Below, in pieces: positions 22,636-33,017 of a DNA stretch of 64,000 nucleotides. This DNA is from Pelagomonas calceolata (lineage: Eukaryota), in assembly GCA_918797485.1 (NCBI GenBank), contig CAKKNE010000006.1, positions 1,116,001 through 1,180,000 of the forward strand. The letters run 5' to 3'. A model generated the notes under the pieces. The model saw only the letters and a program-made list of their open reading frames with translations. It was not told the DNA's origin and did not search any database. The position numbers and the translations under genes were made by a program. The stretch's first letter is position 1; every line of letters begins with the position of its first letter.

Positions 22636-23607
22636 ATGATCGGCACACTCGCGGTGCTCGCCCTGGTGCACGCCGCCGGCGGCTTCGTCGCGCGCCCGCG
22701 GCCGCGCGCCGCCACCGCGCGCCGCGGCAGCGACGCCGACCTCCTCGCGGCGGCGGCCGGCGTGGGGCGCGGCATGGCCGCGAAACGGAAGAACAAGCAC
22801 GTCAACAAGTACCAGAAGAACGACGTCAAGGAGGACCCCTGGGAGCGGGCCATGCGGCGGGCCGAGGCACGGGAGGACGAGGCCGCGCCGGCGCCGCCGA
22901 CCTACGCGTTGCAAGCCGACTGCTTCTGTGAAGGCGCGGCGCTGGCGCGGAAGCGCCGCTCGAGCACAAAACCGGTCTTGGACTTCGACGCGCGGGACCC
23001 GTCGACGTTCGGTTTTCAAGAGCTCGGACAAGTCGTCGGCGCGCACGGCGTCCGCGGGTCCTTGAGGGTAGACGCGCCGTCCGCCGTCGACGTCGAGGCG
23101 GCGTTACTGGCGGAGGGGCTGCGGTACCTGCGCCTCGCGTCGCGAAGGACGCCGCGGCCGGTCGTCGTCGCGAGCTGTCGCGAGCTGAAGCGCTTCGGGG
23201 CGACGGTGCGATATGTCGTGGCGCTGAAGGGGTTGGGGGATCGGGAGGAGGCCGCGCGGCTGGCGGGCGCGGTCCTGTACCGGCGCGACGAGGATACTGA
23301 AGAGCCCGTGGAGGCCTACGAGCCGTCGACGAGGCTCGAGGGGTTGCGCGTGGTCGACGCGCAGGGGGAAGCGGTGGGCGTCGTCTGGGACGTGCTGGAC
23401 CCGAACGAGGGCGCGGCGCTCGCCGCGCCCTTGCTCGAGCTCGAGCTGGAAGAGACGCGGCACTGCCTCGTGCCCCTGGACCCGAGCTGCGTCGAGGTTT
23501 ATGAAGGGGAAGAAGTCGTCCTCCTGAACCGGGCGCTGCTCGACCTCGCCTTCGACTACGCGCCGCCTCCTCCTATCATCCGGGGGCTCCTCGAGGGCGG
23601 CGAGTAA
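22636..23607 (+). CDS. rimM: Ribosome maturation factor RimM, probably plastid-targeted
   Basis: GQVVGAHGVRGSLRV, DREEAARLAG, LEGLRVVDAQGEAVGVV (PRC barrel); signal peptide followed by F (AAGG-FV). Confidence 0.8.
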   Translation: MIGTLAVLALVHAAGGFVARPRPRAATARRGSDADLLAAAAGVGRGMAAKRKNKHVNKYQKNDVKEDPWERAMRRAEAREDEAAPAPPTYALQADCFCEGAALARKRRSSTKPVLDFDARDPSTFGFQELGQVVGAHGVRGSLRVDAPSAVDVEAALLAEGLRYLRLASRRTPRPVVVASCRELKRFGATVRYVVALKGLGDREEAARLAGAVLYRRDEDTEEPVEAYEPSTRLEGLRVVDAQGEAVGVVWDVLDPNEGAALAAPLLELELEETRHCLVPLDPSCVEVYEGEEVVLLNRALLDLAFDYAPPPPIIRGLLEGGE

Positions 23608-23633
23608 TGACTGTGTACATGTAGCACACACAT

Positions 23634-25370
23634 TTAATGGGAGAACCACCCGTGCTTCTTCTTTTTCTTGGACCGATGAGGAAGATGCTCGGGCTGCGGC
23701 GTCGGGCGACTACACGTCGCCGGCGGCGCCGCGAGGCGGCCGACGACGGCGACCGTCGCCGAGAACGGCTTGATGTGGAGGGGCGCGTTCGAGTCGCGCG
23801 CCTCGAGCCGCGACGGCGCGAAGTCCGGCGCCGCGAGGGCGGCGCCGGCGAGCGACAGGACCTGTGTGGAAATCAAAATTTTACGGCGAGTTCGTGCTGA
23901 ATCATCGCGTCGTCCTCCACGCCATCGACGCGACGCCTGCTCGATGGCGTGGCGATGCCGATTCCTCGCCGCTCGACGGAGCCAGCACGGCCGCGTCATT
24001 GGTTGATTTCCACATAGGAGAGGACGACGGGCCCCGCGCCGTGGCGAGGCAGCATCAGCGACTCCGTGCGATTCCCGACGTTGACGACCAAAAACGCGAC
24101 GGTGGCGGCGCCGCGGCCGCAGTGCGCGAAGATTGAGAGGTGGGGCGGCGTCGCCGCGTTTACCTGCAACACCTCGCTTCCGAAATGCTCGGCGAAGGCC
24201 CGCGCCACGACCGCCGACGGCGTCTCGGCGTAGGTCCGCGAATCTAGGAGGCCGTAGACGCCGCCCACCAACGTCTGCCGCGCGACGAGCCGCGCGCCGC
24301 CCGCCGCCTGCGTTGTAGGGCGACGTGTCACCCCCACGCCATCGACCAAGCGTGGACGACAGATATTGAAGGCGCCCGTGTGGACGCCGACGAGTCGCCG
24401 CCCGGCCCAACAAATCCGCGTACCACAGCCCGCCCGCGACGGCGTCGACCGCGCCCCAGCCCGAGCCCTCGGGGGCGTGCGTGCACGGCGCCGCCGCGAC
24501 GACCCAAACGAATTTGCCGAGGCTCCTTGCTAGGTCCACGTAGCGCGCGAGCGTGCGGTCGAACGGGGGTCGGTGGCTCGGGTCCACGATCCCAGCCGCC
24601 GCGTCGGCGTAGGCGCCGCAGCCGTACTTCTTTTTCGCGCGGCCGAGGGCCACGGTCGACGCGTAGTAGCTGAAGGCCACGACGTCGATGGAGTTTTTTG
24701 AGGCCCTATAAACAGCATCGGTCCAGGTCGGGGCCTGGTCCGTGTCCTGGTTGAGGAGGCCGATGATCGTATGATGATTGTAGCGTTTTCTGAGGGAAGC
24801 AAAGTCAATAGCGACACTGGCAGCAGATGCCTGCACGGGCAACTTTTGCTTCGACGGCCGCGGCGGCTTTTCGTGCAGCTCCTCGTAGAGCAATAACGTA
24901 GATGCGGAAGACGGCGCCGGCGCTGCGTCGACGTCGAAGTTCCCGCTAGCGTCGCGGAAGGCCGGGTTGACGTGCCAGGCGACGTCCGCGCCCGTCGCCG
25001 TACTAAACGCGTCGAGCTCGTTTAGCACATGATCACACACGCCGCCGTAGCCGCGTGCCTGGCAGTAGGGCGAGCGCCACGCTTTTCGAGTCGTGGCGTC
25101 GAGGCAGTTCGACCGGCCGCCCGTTATGACGACGAGCGTCGGCGCGAGGCTCCTCACAAATGTTCGCAGCTTCGTATGCGTGAGGTTCGCCAGGCCCGCT
25201 CCCCTTGGATCCGAGAACTGATTGCGGCTCGCGCCGCAGTCGAGGCTCGACGGGTCGAGGACGCTGCTCACGTAGCGCGCGTCGACGCGCAGCGTTGTGG
25301 TGGTGACGTCGTCGACGACGACGCGGGTCGTTGCCAGCGCGTGCGTGACGAGGAGGAGGAGTGTCCTCAT
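23634..25370 (-). CDS. Secreted heparanase-like GH79 glycoside hydrolase; exons 25370-24402, 24307-24026, 23861-23634 (492 aa)
   Basis: Signal peptide; LAPTLVVITGGRSN; spliced WYADLLGRAAGGARLVARQTLVGGVYGLLD matches the GH79 RQTLxGGxYGLL motif; LSIFAHC. Confidence 0.7.
   Translation of the reverse strand: MRTLLLLVTHALATTRVVVDDVTTTTLRVDARYVSSVLDPSSLDCGASRNQFSDPRGAGLANLTHTKLRTFVRSLAPTLVVITGGRSNCLDATTRKAWRSPYCQARGYGGVCDHVLNELDAFSTATGADVAWHVNPAFRDASGNFDVDAAPAPSSASTLLLYEELHEKPPRPSKQKLPVQASAASVAIDFASLRKRYNHHTIIGLLNQDTDQAPTWTDAVYRASKNSIDVVAFSYYASTVALGRAKKKYGCGAYADAAAGIVDPSHRPPFDRTLARYVDLARSLGKFVWVVAAAPCTHAPEGSGWGAVDAVAGGLWYADLLGRAATRRRPHGRLQYLSSTLGRWRGGDTSPYNAGGGRRAARRAADVGGRRLRPPRFADLRRDAVGGRGAGLRRAFRKRGVAGKRGDAAPPLNLRALRPRRRHRRVFGRQRRESHGVADAASPRRGARRPLLCGNQPMTRPCWLRRAARNRHRHAIEQASRRWRGGRRDDSARTRRKILISTQVLSLAGAALAAPDFAPSRLEARDSNAPLHIKPFSATVAVVGRLAAPPATCSRPTPQPEHLPHRSKKKKKHGWFSH
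23862..24017. mobile_element. Introner element, family A (minus-strand intron 23862-24025)
   Basis: TIRs CTGTGTGGAAATCAA / TTGATTTCCACATAG; TSD GACAGGAC / GAGAGGAC (7/8); splicing restores GPVVLSLAG. Confidence 0.9.
24308..24401 (-). other. Probable GC-AG intron (94 nt)
   Basis: CGG|GCGGCG...CAACGCAG|GCGGCG corrects the frameshift; contains CACGCCATCGAC. The donor could sit 3 nt further downstream. Confidence 0.6.
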
Positions 25371-25517
25371 CTGTAGCACTGCCTGGCTAGGATGATTAGG
25401 CTGCCCAAGCCTTAGGTTCGGTAGCAAAGTGCACCATCCTTGCTCGCGGTCTACCAAAATACATCAATGCGGATGAATTCACGATCTACGAGCCGCGGCA
25501 GCGCCGCAGCGGTTTAG

Positions 25518-25539
25518 CTAGCGTCATGTAAGATACTAG
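25518..25539 (-). promoter_or_regulatory. Recurrent intergenic motif CTAGTATCTTACATGACGCTAG
   Basis: One mismatch to consensus; between divergent genes. Confidence 0.55.
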
Positions 25540-25794
25540 TTTTTACCTAGCTTTTGCAACCAGGTTTACTCCTAGCTTTGTTGTACCAGGCGTGGGCACA
25601 AAAAAGCCTATCGAGAGGTCCAAGGAGTCGGTCTGCGAACCTTTGGTTTGGCTGCGAGCGATTCCGACTGCTGGAGATACACCCGGCGACCTACAGCAGC
25701 ACGCGCGACGACGCCGCCGCCTCGCGCCATCGAGCGAGGCGGCGCCATCGAGCAGACAGTCGCGCCAAGCTTTCAAGGCATCGCGGAGAGAAGC

Positions 25795-26649
25795 ATGCTC
25801 CCAACACAAAAGCCCCGCCGCGGCCTCGACGACGCGCAGCTCGCGGCCATCGTCCTCGGCTCCCTCGAACACTTCCCGCAGTATAGAGACGTCTTCCACG
25901 CGGTGAGCGTGCGCGCAGTGGCCCAGGACCCGCGCTACGTCACGCTCGCGCGCCTAACCGAGGCGCCGACCGACGACGAGGCCGCGGCCGTCGCGGCCGA
26001 CGCCTTCGCGCGCGCGGCGGCCGCGATGGGCGCGCCCCAGGGCGCCGCGGCGCTCGTCGCGCGGTCGCTCGTAGCGCAGCCGGCGAACGCCCGCGCCGTG
26101 CTCGCGGCCGGCGCGGCGGCGCTCGGCGCGCACGAGTCCATCCTGCAGCGGAGCGCGGCGCACGCGGGGCTGAGCACGCGTGCCGCGGGCGTCGTCGCGC
26201 GGGGCGCGGCCTGCCTGCCGGCGCCGCACGCCGTGGCCGCGGCGCGCGCCGCGGCCGGCGCGGGTCCGACCGGCGGCGACGGCCCGCCCTGCGTCTACCT
26301 GCGCCTGCCCGCGGAGGCGGGGCCCCAGGCGTGGCGCGCGGGCCTCTACGCGCGCGTCGACGAGGGCGTCTACCGCCGCGTCTCGCAGGAGCCGCCCGAG
26401 GCCTTCCAGGACTCGTACCTCTTCCGGTGCGTCGTGGAGGGCCGCGGCGCGCTCTGGCTCGTGGGCTCGCGGCCGGCGCGGGACGCGGCGGGCCTCGCGT
26501 CGGGCTACGACGCCGCGGCGGCGCCCGAGGCCGTCCGCGCGCCCTGGTACATCACGCGCGACGGCGCGACCTGGCACGCGCTCGCGGGCGTCCAGGTCGC
26601 GGCGCTCGCGCCGGCGGCGGCGGCCGCGCTCGCGCCGCCGAAGTTCTGA
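25795..26649 (+). CDS. Hypothetical protein
   Basis: Open frame with high GC3; start uncertain; no recognised family. Confidence 0.55.
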   Translation: MLPTQKPRRGLDDAQLAAIVLGSLEHFPQYRDVFHAVSVRAVAQDPRYVTLARLTEAPTDDEAAAVAADAFARAAAAMGAPQGAAALVARSLVAQPANARAVLAAGAAALGAHESILQRSAAHAGLSTRAAGVVARGAACLPAPHAVAAARAAAGAGPTGGDGPPCVYLRLPAEAGPQAWRAGLYARVDEGVYRRVSQEPPEAFQDSYLFRCVVEGRGALWLVGSRPARDAAGLASGYDAAAAPEAVRAPWYITRDGATWHALAGVQVAALAPAAAAALAPPKF

Positions 26650-26769
26650 CGACCCATTCCTCTTCCTTTTGCGCGCGCCTTTTGCCTTGTCTAGTTTTAT
26701 GATTTTTTTTACTGCTGGTTCCAGATGGTCCTTCGCGCGGCGTGGGAGGGGGGGGATCGTTGCCAGGGG

Positions 26770-27786
26770 CTAGAGGCCCGCGGCCCGCGAACGAAACTTG
26801 AGCGTGAAGCCCGTGCCTCGGCGCACCGCGCGCGCGTCGGCGCCGCCGCCGGCCGGCGCCTCGGGGGCCGCGAACTTCAAGACCGGCGCCTCGCGGTCGC
26901 CTTGTTTCGTGAGGGGCGTCGCGCCGCGCGTCTTAAAGGTGATGGGGCCGAGGGCCTCGTCCAGGTCGCGCGGCTTCGTCGCGGAGGCCGATATGGCCGC
27001 CACGTCGGTGGCCAGCTTGCACGTCCCGCACCTAGCCATCGTGGAATTCAAGCTCAAGCGCGGCACCGCGAGGCGCGCCTGGAGCCTCTCGCCGGCGGCC
27101 CGCGCCGCGCCGCCGCATTCGCGCACCAGCGCGAGCAGCGCCGACACGGAGGCGAGCGTCGTCGACTCGCCGCAGATCCAGTACTTCTCGAGGACCTTGC
27201 CTTCCGCGACCCTTTGCAGACGGATGACCCAGTGCGTTTCTTCTCTCGTGGAAACGCCGTGCGACCCGATGCTACCGTATTTCTCCTCCACGTGGTCTTT
27301 AATGGCGTCGACCACGGCGACGAACACGTCGCGGCGCAGTTCGACGCGGTCGAGCGCCGCCGCGGCTTCGTCGTCGGAGGGCTTCCCGGCCCGGAGAAAC
27401 AGCTTCCCGCCCTCTCACATGCCCAGGCGCTCCTGGTACGCCCTGCCTTGGTTTTCCTTGAACCTCCTACCTTCGTCCGCGGAAATGTCCGCCGTGTCGA
27501 GCGTTTTGATGAGATCCTCCAGCGCCGTCGACGCATCGTCCGCCTCGTCCAGCCTTTTGACGAGGGCCTTCAGCGACGTCGACGCCGCGTCGTTCTCGAA
27601 GCCGAACCCCGGCAGCCGGCCGTCGACGACGGCCGCGAGCACGCGCTCGAAGCTCTCGAGGAGCTGCTCGACGGCGGCCGCGGCGTTCCCCGCATCCCGG
27701 TCGCCGGGATGCGGGGAGGCGGGCGGCACCGGCGGCTTGGCGGCGGCGGGCGGCGGCGGCGGGGCTGCTACCACGTCCTGGGCCAT
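26770..27786 (-). CDS. Hypothetical protein with one in-frame TGA at 27415-27417 (intron, recoding or pseudogene)
   Basis: ORFs 27415..27846 and 26770..27327 are in the same frame, separated only by a single TGA. Confidence 0.5.
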
Positions 27787-28501
27787 GATGGCAGCCTGGT
27801 CGCGCGCGGCGTGGCAGTAATGCCGCGCGATTGCGGGCAGCTCCAAAAGGCACAGCTCGTGAGAGGCCGGGAGCTCCGTGGCCCGTCGCCGCGCCCGGCA
27901 CGCCTCGAGGGCCCGCCGGTAGCACTCCCCGTCGCGACGGGTCCCGGTAGTGCCCGCGAGCCCTCTCGGCCGGGCGCTCCGGACGCGCGGCGATTTTTTT
28001 CGACGTCAGGGTCGACGGCGTGCCTGCCCTATCCGTCCCTCGTCGGGGCAGCCGTCGCAGCTGGGAGGGGCCGCAACATTTTTTTTAGGTAAACCGTAAA
28101 ACCCGAATGTGTAACTAGGGTACGATCAGTAGGACGAAATTCAGCGGCTCTCGAGCAGCCTTTGACCTCGTTTTTGACCAGGTTCCGCCCCGCGTAACTG
28201 CACGAAAAACACCCAACACACGTAAAAAGACCACAGCTCCCCCGCTACCCCGCTTTCACGAGAAACAAGCGCGGCAGCGACGCAAACAAAGCCGGGGGGC
28301 AGCTTCTCCGCTTGCCGGCCCTGCGCCAGGCGCGGCCGCGGGCCCCGCCTACAGGCAGCCCCCGCGTTCCCGGTCACCTTACGCGCCCGCGCCAAGAGCG
28401 TCCCCGCCCTCCCGCGCGCCGGGGCCGGCGCGCGCGAAGGCTCTCCCGACGCTTCGAATCCCGAACACTCACCCGCCGCCCGCCGCAGGCCAACGACGAC
28501 C

Positions 28502-30046
28502 ATGAAGCTCGCCCTCCTCGCCCTCGCGGCCACGACGGCGCACGCCGCCTGCCCGAACTCCTGCTCCGGCCACGGCACGTGCGGCGCCGACGACACGTGC
28601 ACGTGCTACCAGGACTGGGTCATGGGCGACCAGGACGGCGGCGACTGCTCGGACCGCCGCTGCCCCTACCAGGTCGCCTGGTCGGCCGGCCCCGACAAGA
28701 CGGGCAACATCCACACGTACGCCGAGTGCGCCGGCGTCGGCATCTGCGACCGCGGCTCGGGCGACTGCGAGTGCTTCGAGGGCTACACGGGCCGCGGCTG
28801 CGGCCTCCAGACCTGCCAGAACGACTGCTCGGGCCACGGCGAGTGCGTCTACGCCGAGGACGTGACCTTCGGCACCGTCTACGGCGACTACGCCGGCGTC
28901 CCCGATGCCAACGGCGACATAGTTGCCAGCGGCGTCGGCGTCGGCGCCTCCAAGGTCCCCCAGAAGCCCAACTGGGACTCGGGCAAGGTGCGCATGTGCG
29001 TCTGCGAGCCGGGCTACACGGACATCGACTGCTCGCGCCGCATGTGCCCCAAGGGCAACGACGTCATGGACGAGCGTTTGGACCTGACCACGTCGCTCAA
29101 GTACCAGACGCAGACCGTGACGCTCATCGGCGCCGGCGCCCTCGGCGACGGCAAGGTGTCCGTGTCCGGCTGCGGCGACACCACAGACGCCGCCGCCACC
29201 GACGCGTGCTTCGGCGACCTCGTCGGCAAGTCGTTCGCCCTCACCTTCACGTCGAAGCTCAACCAGTCCTACACGACGAAGCCCATCATCGTCGCGGGTA
29301 TCACGGCCAACACGGACGTGGCCGGCGCCCAGGTTGCGACGCAAGATGCCGTGCAGGCTGCTCTGCACGAGCTCCCCAACTACGTCGTCGACGGCTGCAC
29401 CGTGACCTGCACGTACGCGTACAAAATTGGCGTCAGCGCGCTCTACCCGTCCGTGTCGTGCGACATCGGGTTCAACGGCGGGTCCGTCGCGGGCCCCCAG
29501 TACCTCCTGGAGGTCGAGGCCGACAAGTGCGACTCCGGCTGCACGCCCCAGCTGTCGAGCCCGGTCCAGCTCAAGTCCGCCTTGGTGGCCTCGACGGCTC
29601 CGGGTTTCGTCAAAGCCTCGGTCGCGACGACGATTTCTCACGCCACGCCTGGCAGCACGTATGCTGATACTATCGTGAGTATTGATGTGGCTGATGGTAC
29701 TGGTATTGCTGATGACGATCACATCCTGATCGGCAGCGAGATTTTGAAAGTGACTGACGCCTCCGGTGCCCCCACTCTGGCAGTTGATCGCGCCCAACAA
29801 AGCACGACCGCCCCAGCAACAATGGCCGATGGATCGGAGGTATTCCTCCTGGCCACCGACTCGGCCGGCGCCCTTGTACCAGACGCGTCCTCGGACATCC
29901 TCTCGAGCGTCTCGGAGTCGACCAAGGCCGACTACAACTCGTTCGAGTGCGGCCGCCGCGGCAAGTGCGACTACTCGTCCGGCGAGTGCGAGTGCTTCGA
30001 GGGCTACATGGGCGACCGCTGCCAGACGCAGACGGCGCTCATCTGA
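28502..30046 (+). CDS. Stramenopile tubular mastigoneme / Sig1-Ocm1-like EGF-repeat protein
   Basis: Signal peptide, [21 protein letters not shown]...[12 protein letters not shown]...CECFEGY, NWD...[15 protein letters not shown], and C-terminal [21 protein letters not shown]...QTALI. Confidence 0.85.
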   Translation: MKLALLALAATTAHAACPNSCSGHGTCGADDTCTCYQDWVMGDQDGGDCSDRRCPYQVAWSAGPDKTGNIHTYAECAGVGICDRGSGDCECFEGYTGRGCGLQTCQNDCSGHGECVYAEDVTFGTVYGDYAGVPDANGDIVASGVGVGASKVPQKPNWDSGKVRMCVCEPGYTDIDCSRRMCPKGNDVMDERLDLTTSLKYQTQTVTLIGAGALGDGKVSVSGCGDTTDAAATDACFGDLVGKSFALTFTSKLNQSYTTKPIIVAGITANTDVAGAQVATQDAVQAALHELPNYVVDGCTVTCTYAYKIGVSALYPSVSCDIGFNGGSVAGPQYLLEVEADKCDSGCTPQLSSPVQLKSALVASTAPGFVKASVATTISHATPGSTYADTIVSIDVADGTGIADDDHILIGSEILKVTDASGAPTLAVDRAQQSTTAPATMADGSEVFLLATDSAGALVPDASSDILSSVSESTKADYNSFECGRRGKCDYSSGECECFEGYMGDRCQTQTALI

Positions 30047-30303
30047 GCCGCCCCCGCCCCCCCCCCCGGCCGGTCGTAACGTGTTCCGGTCAAAAACTAG
30101 TCTCGGGCCGTCGGTCGAGGGACGCACCCCCTACTCCCGCACGTATGCATCCGCGCGCCGTGTAAAACCCGAACCCGATCAGCGCTCGAGCTTCAGCGCT
30201 GTCCAGCCCCAAACCGGGCCAGCTCCTCGCCCGTCGGGCCGCGCGGCGCTCCTTCGGGCCGCGCGACATCCCGGCGGGGCTGCCCCCCCCCCCCATCGTC
30301 GCC

Positions 30304-31812
30304 ATGGTAGGGCAGGCCTCGTCCGCGACGGCCGCGACGCACCGCTGGGACAGCCGCGCCTCCGTCAAGGGCCAGGCCTCCGTCGCGCGCTCCGCCAAGC
30401 AGACCAAGAGCCCCGCCTGGCGCGGCGCGGCCACCGGCCGCGACCCGAACGCAGTGAACGGTCCGCCGCACGCCGTCGCCCGCGCGACGCACCGCTTCCT
30501 CGACGTCTACGACACGTGTCTGCGGGACGTCGACGAGTGCCTCGGCGTGCCCCGCGACGAGTGGGCGCCGCCCTTGGGCTACGACGTCGGCGAGACGACG
30601 TTTCGGGGGGCGCCGCGGCTCTGGCCCTCGGAGGCCAACCACCCGGCCGGGTACGCGAAGGGCGCCGACGCGCCCTCGGCCCTCACGGGCGCATCATTTA
30701 GACGCGAGACGACCGTCTCCTCATTAATGAGCGTGACGACGCTGCGCGGGTCGCGGCGGGCCGAGGCGCGGGCCTCGAAGCGCGGCGCGCGCATGGCGAC
30801 GGTCGCCGGCGAAATAAGAAGAGTGCAGGCGGCGCGGCACGTCGACTGGGTCAAGGGCGAACCACCAAAGCCGCGCGGCCTCGCGCGGGCGACGTACGAC
30901 CGGGGCCGGCTCCTCGGCGTCGCGGCGGCGCCGCACAGCACGTACCGCCGCGTCATGCGCGCGACGGGGTCCGGCGCGCCCTCCAAAACGTCGCGCCCGA
31001 AGCGCTGCGGCTCCTACACCGTGCTCACGAACCCTGACGCGAAACGGCCGCCGGAGGACGCCGTCGCCGACGCCGTCGTGACGCACGTCGCGCGGGACCG
31101 GCGCCGCTACGCGCTGCGGCTGAGCGGCGCGGCGGCCTGCTCGCAGCAACTCCGGTCGTCTCGGTCGCCCGGCGCCTCGGCGATTTTTGATCTTCATACT
31201 TTGTGGAGGGCCTCCGCCTCTGAAAATCCCGACCCGTCCGTCATCGCGAGGACGCAGTTCGTGACCGCTTTTAGGGCACGGCTGTCCGGCGGCCCGCGCC
31301 GCGCGGCCGACGCCCTCTACTCGTCGCTCGACCCGCGCCTCGCCGACCGCTGCCGCGTCGGCGCCGCGACGGCTGCCCTCCTCTTTGCACACCCAGTCTG
31401 GCCCGTCGACGGCCGCGACGCCGACTACTCGCAGGAGGAACGCGACGTCCTGAGCGCGGTGCGGGCCGCGGCCGAGTGCTACGACTATGATGGAAGAGGC
31501 CTCTCGTCGGACGAGATCTCGGAGTTATTAGATACGCCCTGCGTGGACCGCGAGGCGTCGGACCGCCTCGCGGCGCTCGTCGGGTCTCACGAGCCGGGCC
31601 ACCCGCGGCACTGGCTGGACAAGCCGTCCAAGGTGCACCCAATACCCGACGTCTGGGGCCTCGACGGCCGCGTGGCGCCGGACGTCTTTGTGGACGGGCT
31701 CAAGGAGCGGCCCGAGTTGCTGGCGGAGCTCGTGGCGTGCAGTGCGCAGTACAAGGCCGCGGTCAACGCGCTCGCCGTCATGCCGCGGGCGAAGCTCGAG
31801 AAGTACCTCTGA
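30304..31812 (+). CDS. Hypothetical protein (possible degenerate EF-hand near the C-terminus)
   Basis: 502-aa ORF with coding-like codon bias; YDYDGRGLSSDEISELL. Confidence 0.55.
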   Translation: MVGQASSATAATHRWDSRASVKGQASVARSAKQTKSPAWRGAATGRDPNAVNGPPHAVARATHRFLDVYDTCLRDVDECLGVPRDEWAPPLGYDVGETTFRGAPRLWPSEANHPAGYAKGADAPSALTGASFRRETTVSSLMSVTTLRGSRRAEARASKRGARMATVAGEIRRVQAARHVDWVKGEPPKPRGLARATYDRGRLLGVAAAPHSTYRRVMRATGSGAPSKTSRPKRCGSYTVLTNPDAKRPPEDAVADAVVTHVARDRRRYALRLSGAAACSQQLRSSRSPGASAIFDLHTLWRASASENPDPSVIARTQFVTAFRARLSGGPRRAADALYSSLDPRLADRCRVGAATAALLFAHPVWPVDGRDADYSQEERDVLSAVRAAAECYDYDGRGLSSDEISELLDTPCVDREASDRLAALVGSHEPGHPRHWLDKPSKVHPIPDVWGLDGRVAPDVFVDGLKERPELLAELVACSAQYKAAVNALAVMPRAKLEKYL

Positions 31813-31851
31813 GTAACACACAATGTCTTGTCTTAACACACGCACACAGTC

Positions 31852-32687
31852 TCAGCGCGGGTCGAGCACCGTCACCCAGCCGCGCGCGATGTCGTATTTT
31901 AAATCAGCCCGCGTCCCGCCCAATTCAAGAAACTCGGCCGCCGTCGTCGCGGCCATGTATTTGTCGAAGCGCTCGCCGGAGGCGCCCTGCGCGGACGCGA
32001 CCGGTTCGTTTCGACATACGCCACCGAGCAGACACCCGGGACGCCGCGGCGAAGGCGTGAATTTCGACGCCGTCTCGGCGCCCGCTTCGGGTTCTTCTGG
32101 ACGACCGCGATGGGCGCCGCGCGATCCACCAGACTTTTCGCGTCCTCCCCCGTCGCGGACGCCTTCTTCTTCGCCGTCGGTTTCGCCGCGGCGGGCGCCG
32201 TCGCCGGCCGCGCCTTCTTCCGCGGCTGGCACACGAGCTCGGCCTCCTCGTCCTCGTCGGCCGGGGCCGGCGGCGCCGCGCGGTAGGTCTTGCCGCCGTC
32301 CGTCATCGCCGAGAAGCGCTGCGTCGGCGCGCGCTTGCGGGCGCCCGGCTTCTTTTTAGGGCTCGGCGCCAAGCTCGCCGGCGGCGGCGGCGCGAGCTTG
32401 ACGGCCGCCGCGGCCACGCGCCGCAGCTCGAAGGTCCCCGCCGTCGCGTCGAAGATGAGCGCCGCGTCGAGGGGCGTCGTCTTCGCGGAGCGGCCGCGGA
32501 ACTCGCGCTCCGCGCCGCTTGCGGCGCGCTTGACGACGACGGCGCCGCCCGCTTCCTGGACGACCGCGGTCGTGTCACTGGACGGCGCCGGCGGCAGGAC
32601 GTCGTAGGTCAACGAGCGCAGGGGTTTCGCGGTCACGCGCACTTCGTAAGGCGTATTTTGTTGCCAGGGCGGCGCGGCTTCGGCCAT
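31852..32687 (-). CDS. EAF (ELL-associated factor)-like protein with a small C-terminal domain; exons 32687-32082 and 31986-31852 (246 aa)
   Basis: SLTYDVLP...FRG...AALIFDATAGTFELRRV resembles the EAF domain; a GC-AG intron at 31987-32081 gives QKNPKRGASGERFDKYMAATTAAEFLELGGTRADLKYD. Confidence 0.6.
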
Positions 32688-32856
32688 CCGCGGAGGCGTG
32701 CAGGCTGGGGGCGTGTGCAGCGTCTCTGAGGCGATTTGAGGGCTAGGTTTGGATGGAGCGCAGAGGTGGCAGTGCGTACAATATCTGACGCACACACGCT
32801 GAAATTTGGGAGCTGTGAGCTGAAAATATGGGTCTTTTTGTCCAGTTTGTGGCTTG

Positions 32857-32878
32857 CTAGTGTGTTACAGGGCGCTAG
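32857..32878 (+). promoter_or_regulatory. Recurrent intergenic motif CTAGTGTGTTACAGGGCGCTAG
   Basis: One mismatch to consensus; between divergent genes; followed by a 20-bp duplication at 32881-32900 and 32903-32922. Confidence 0.55.
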
Positions 32879-33017
32879 GTCGAGCTGCTCAGGCTTTTAC
32901 TACGAGCTGCTCAGGCTTTTACTTAAGTCAAGTATTTTTACGCGCTGCTGGCAGCGCCAAGTTGCCACACACTCGTCAGGACACTCCTTGGACGCCACCC
33001 TCAAGCCGTTCGCAGCC

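Noticed and set aside
28312..30127. Long overlapping ORFs 28312..29667(+) and 28469..30127(-), and similar shadows elsewhere (e.g. 26725..28092, 40250..41773, 52496..54211)
   Set aside because: Alternative or antisense frames kept open by high GC3; low-complexity R/A/G/P translations.
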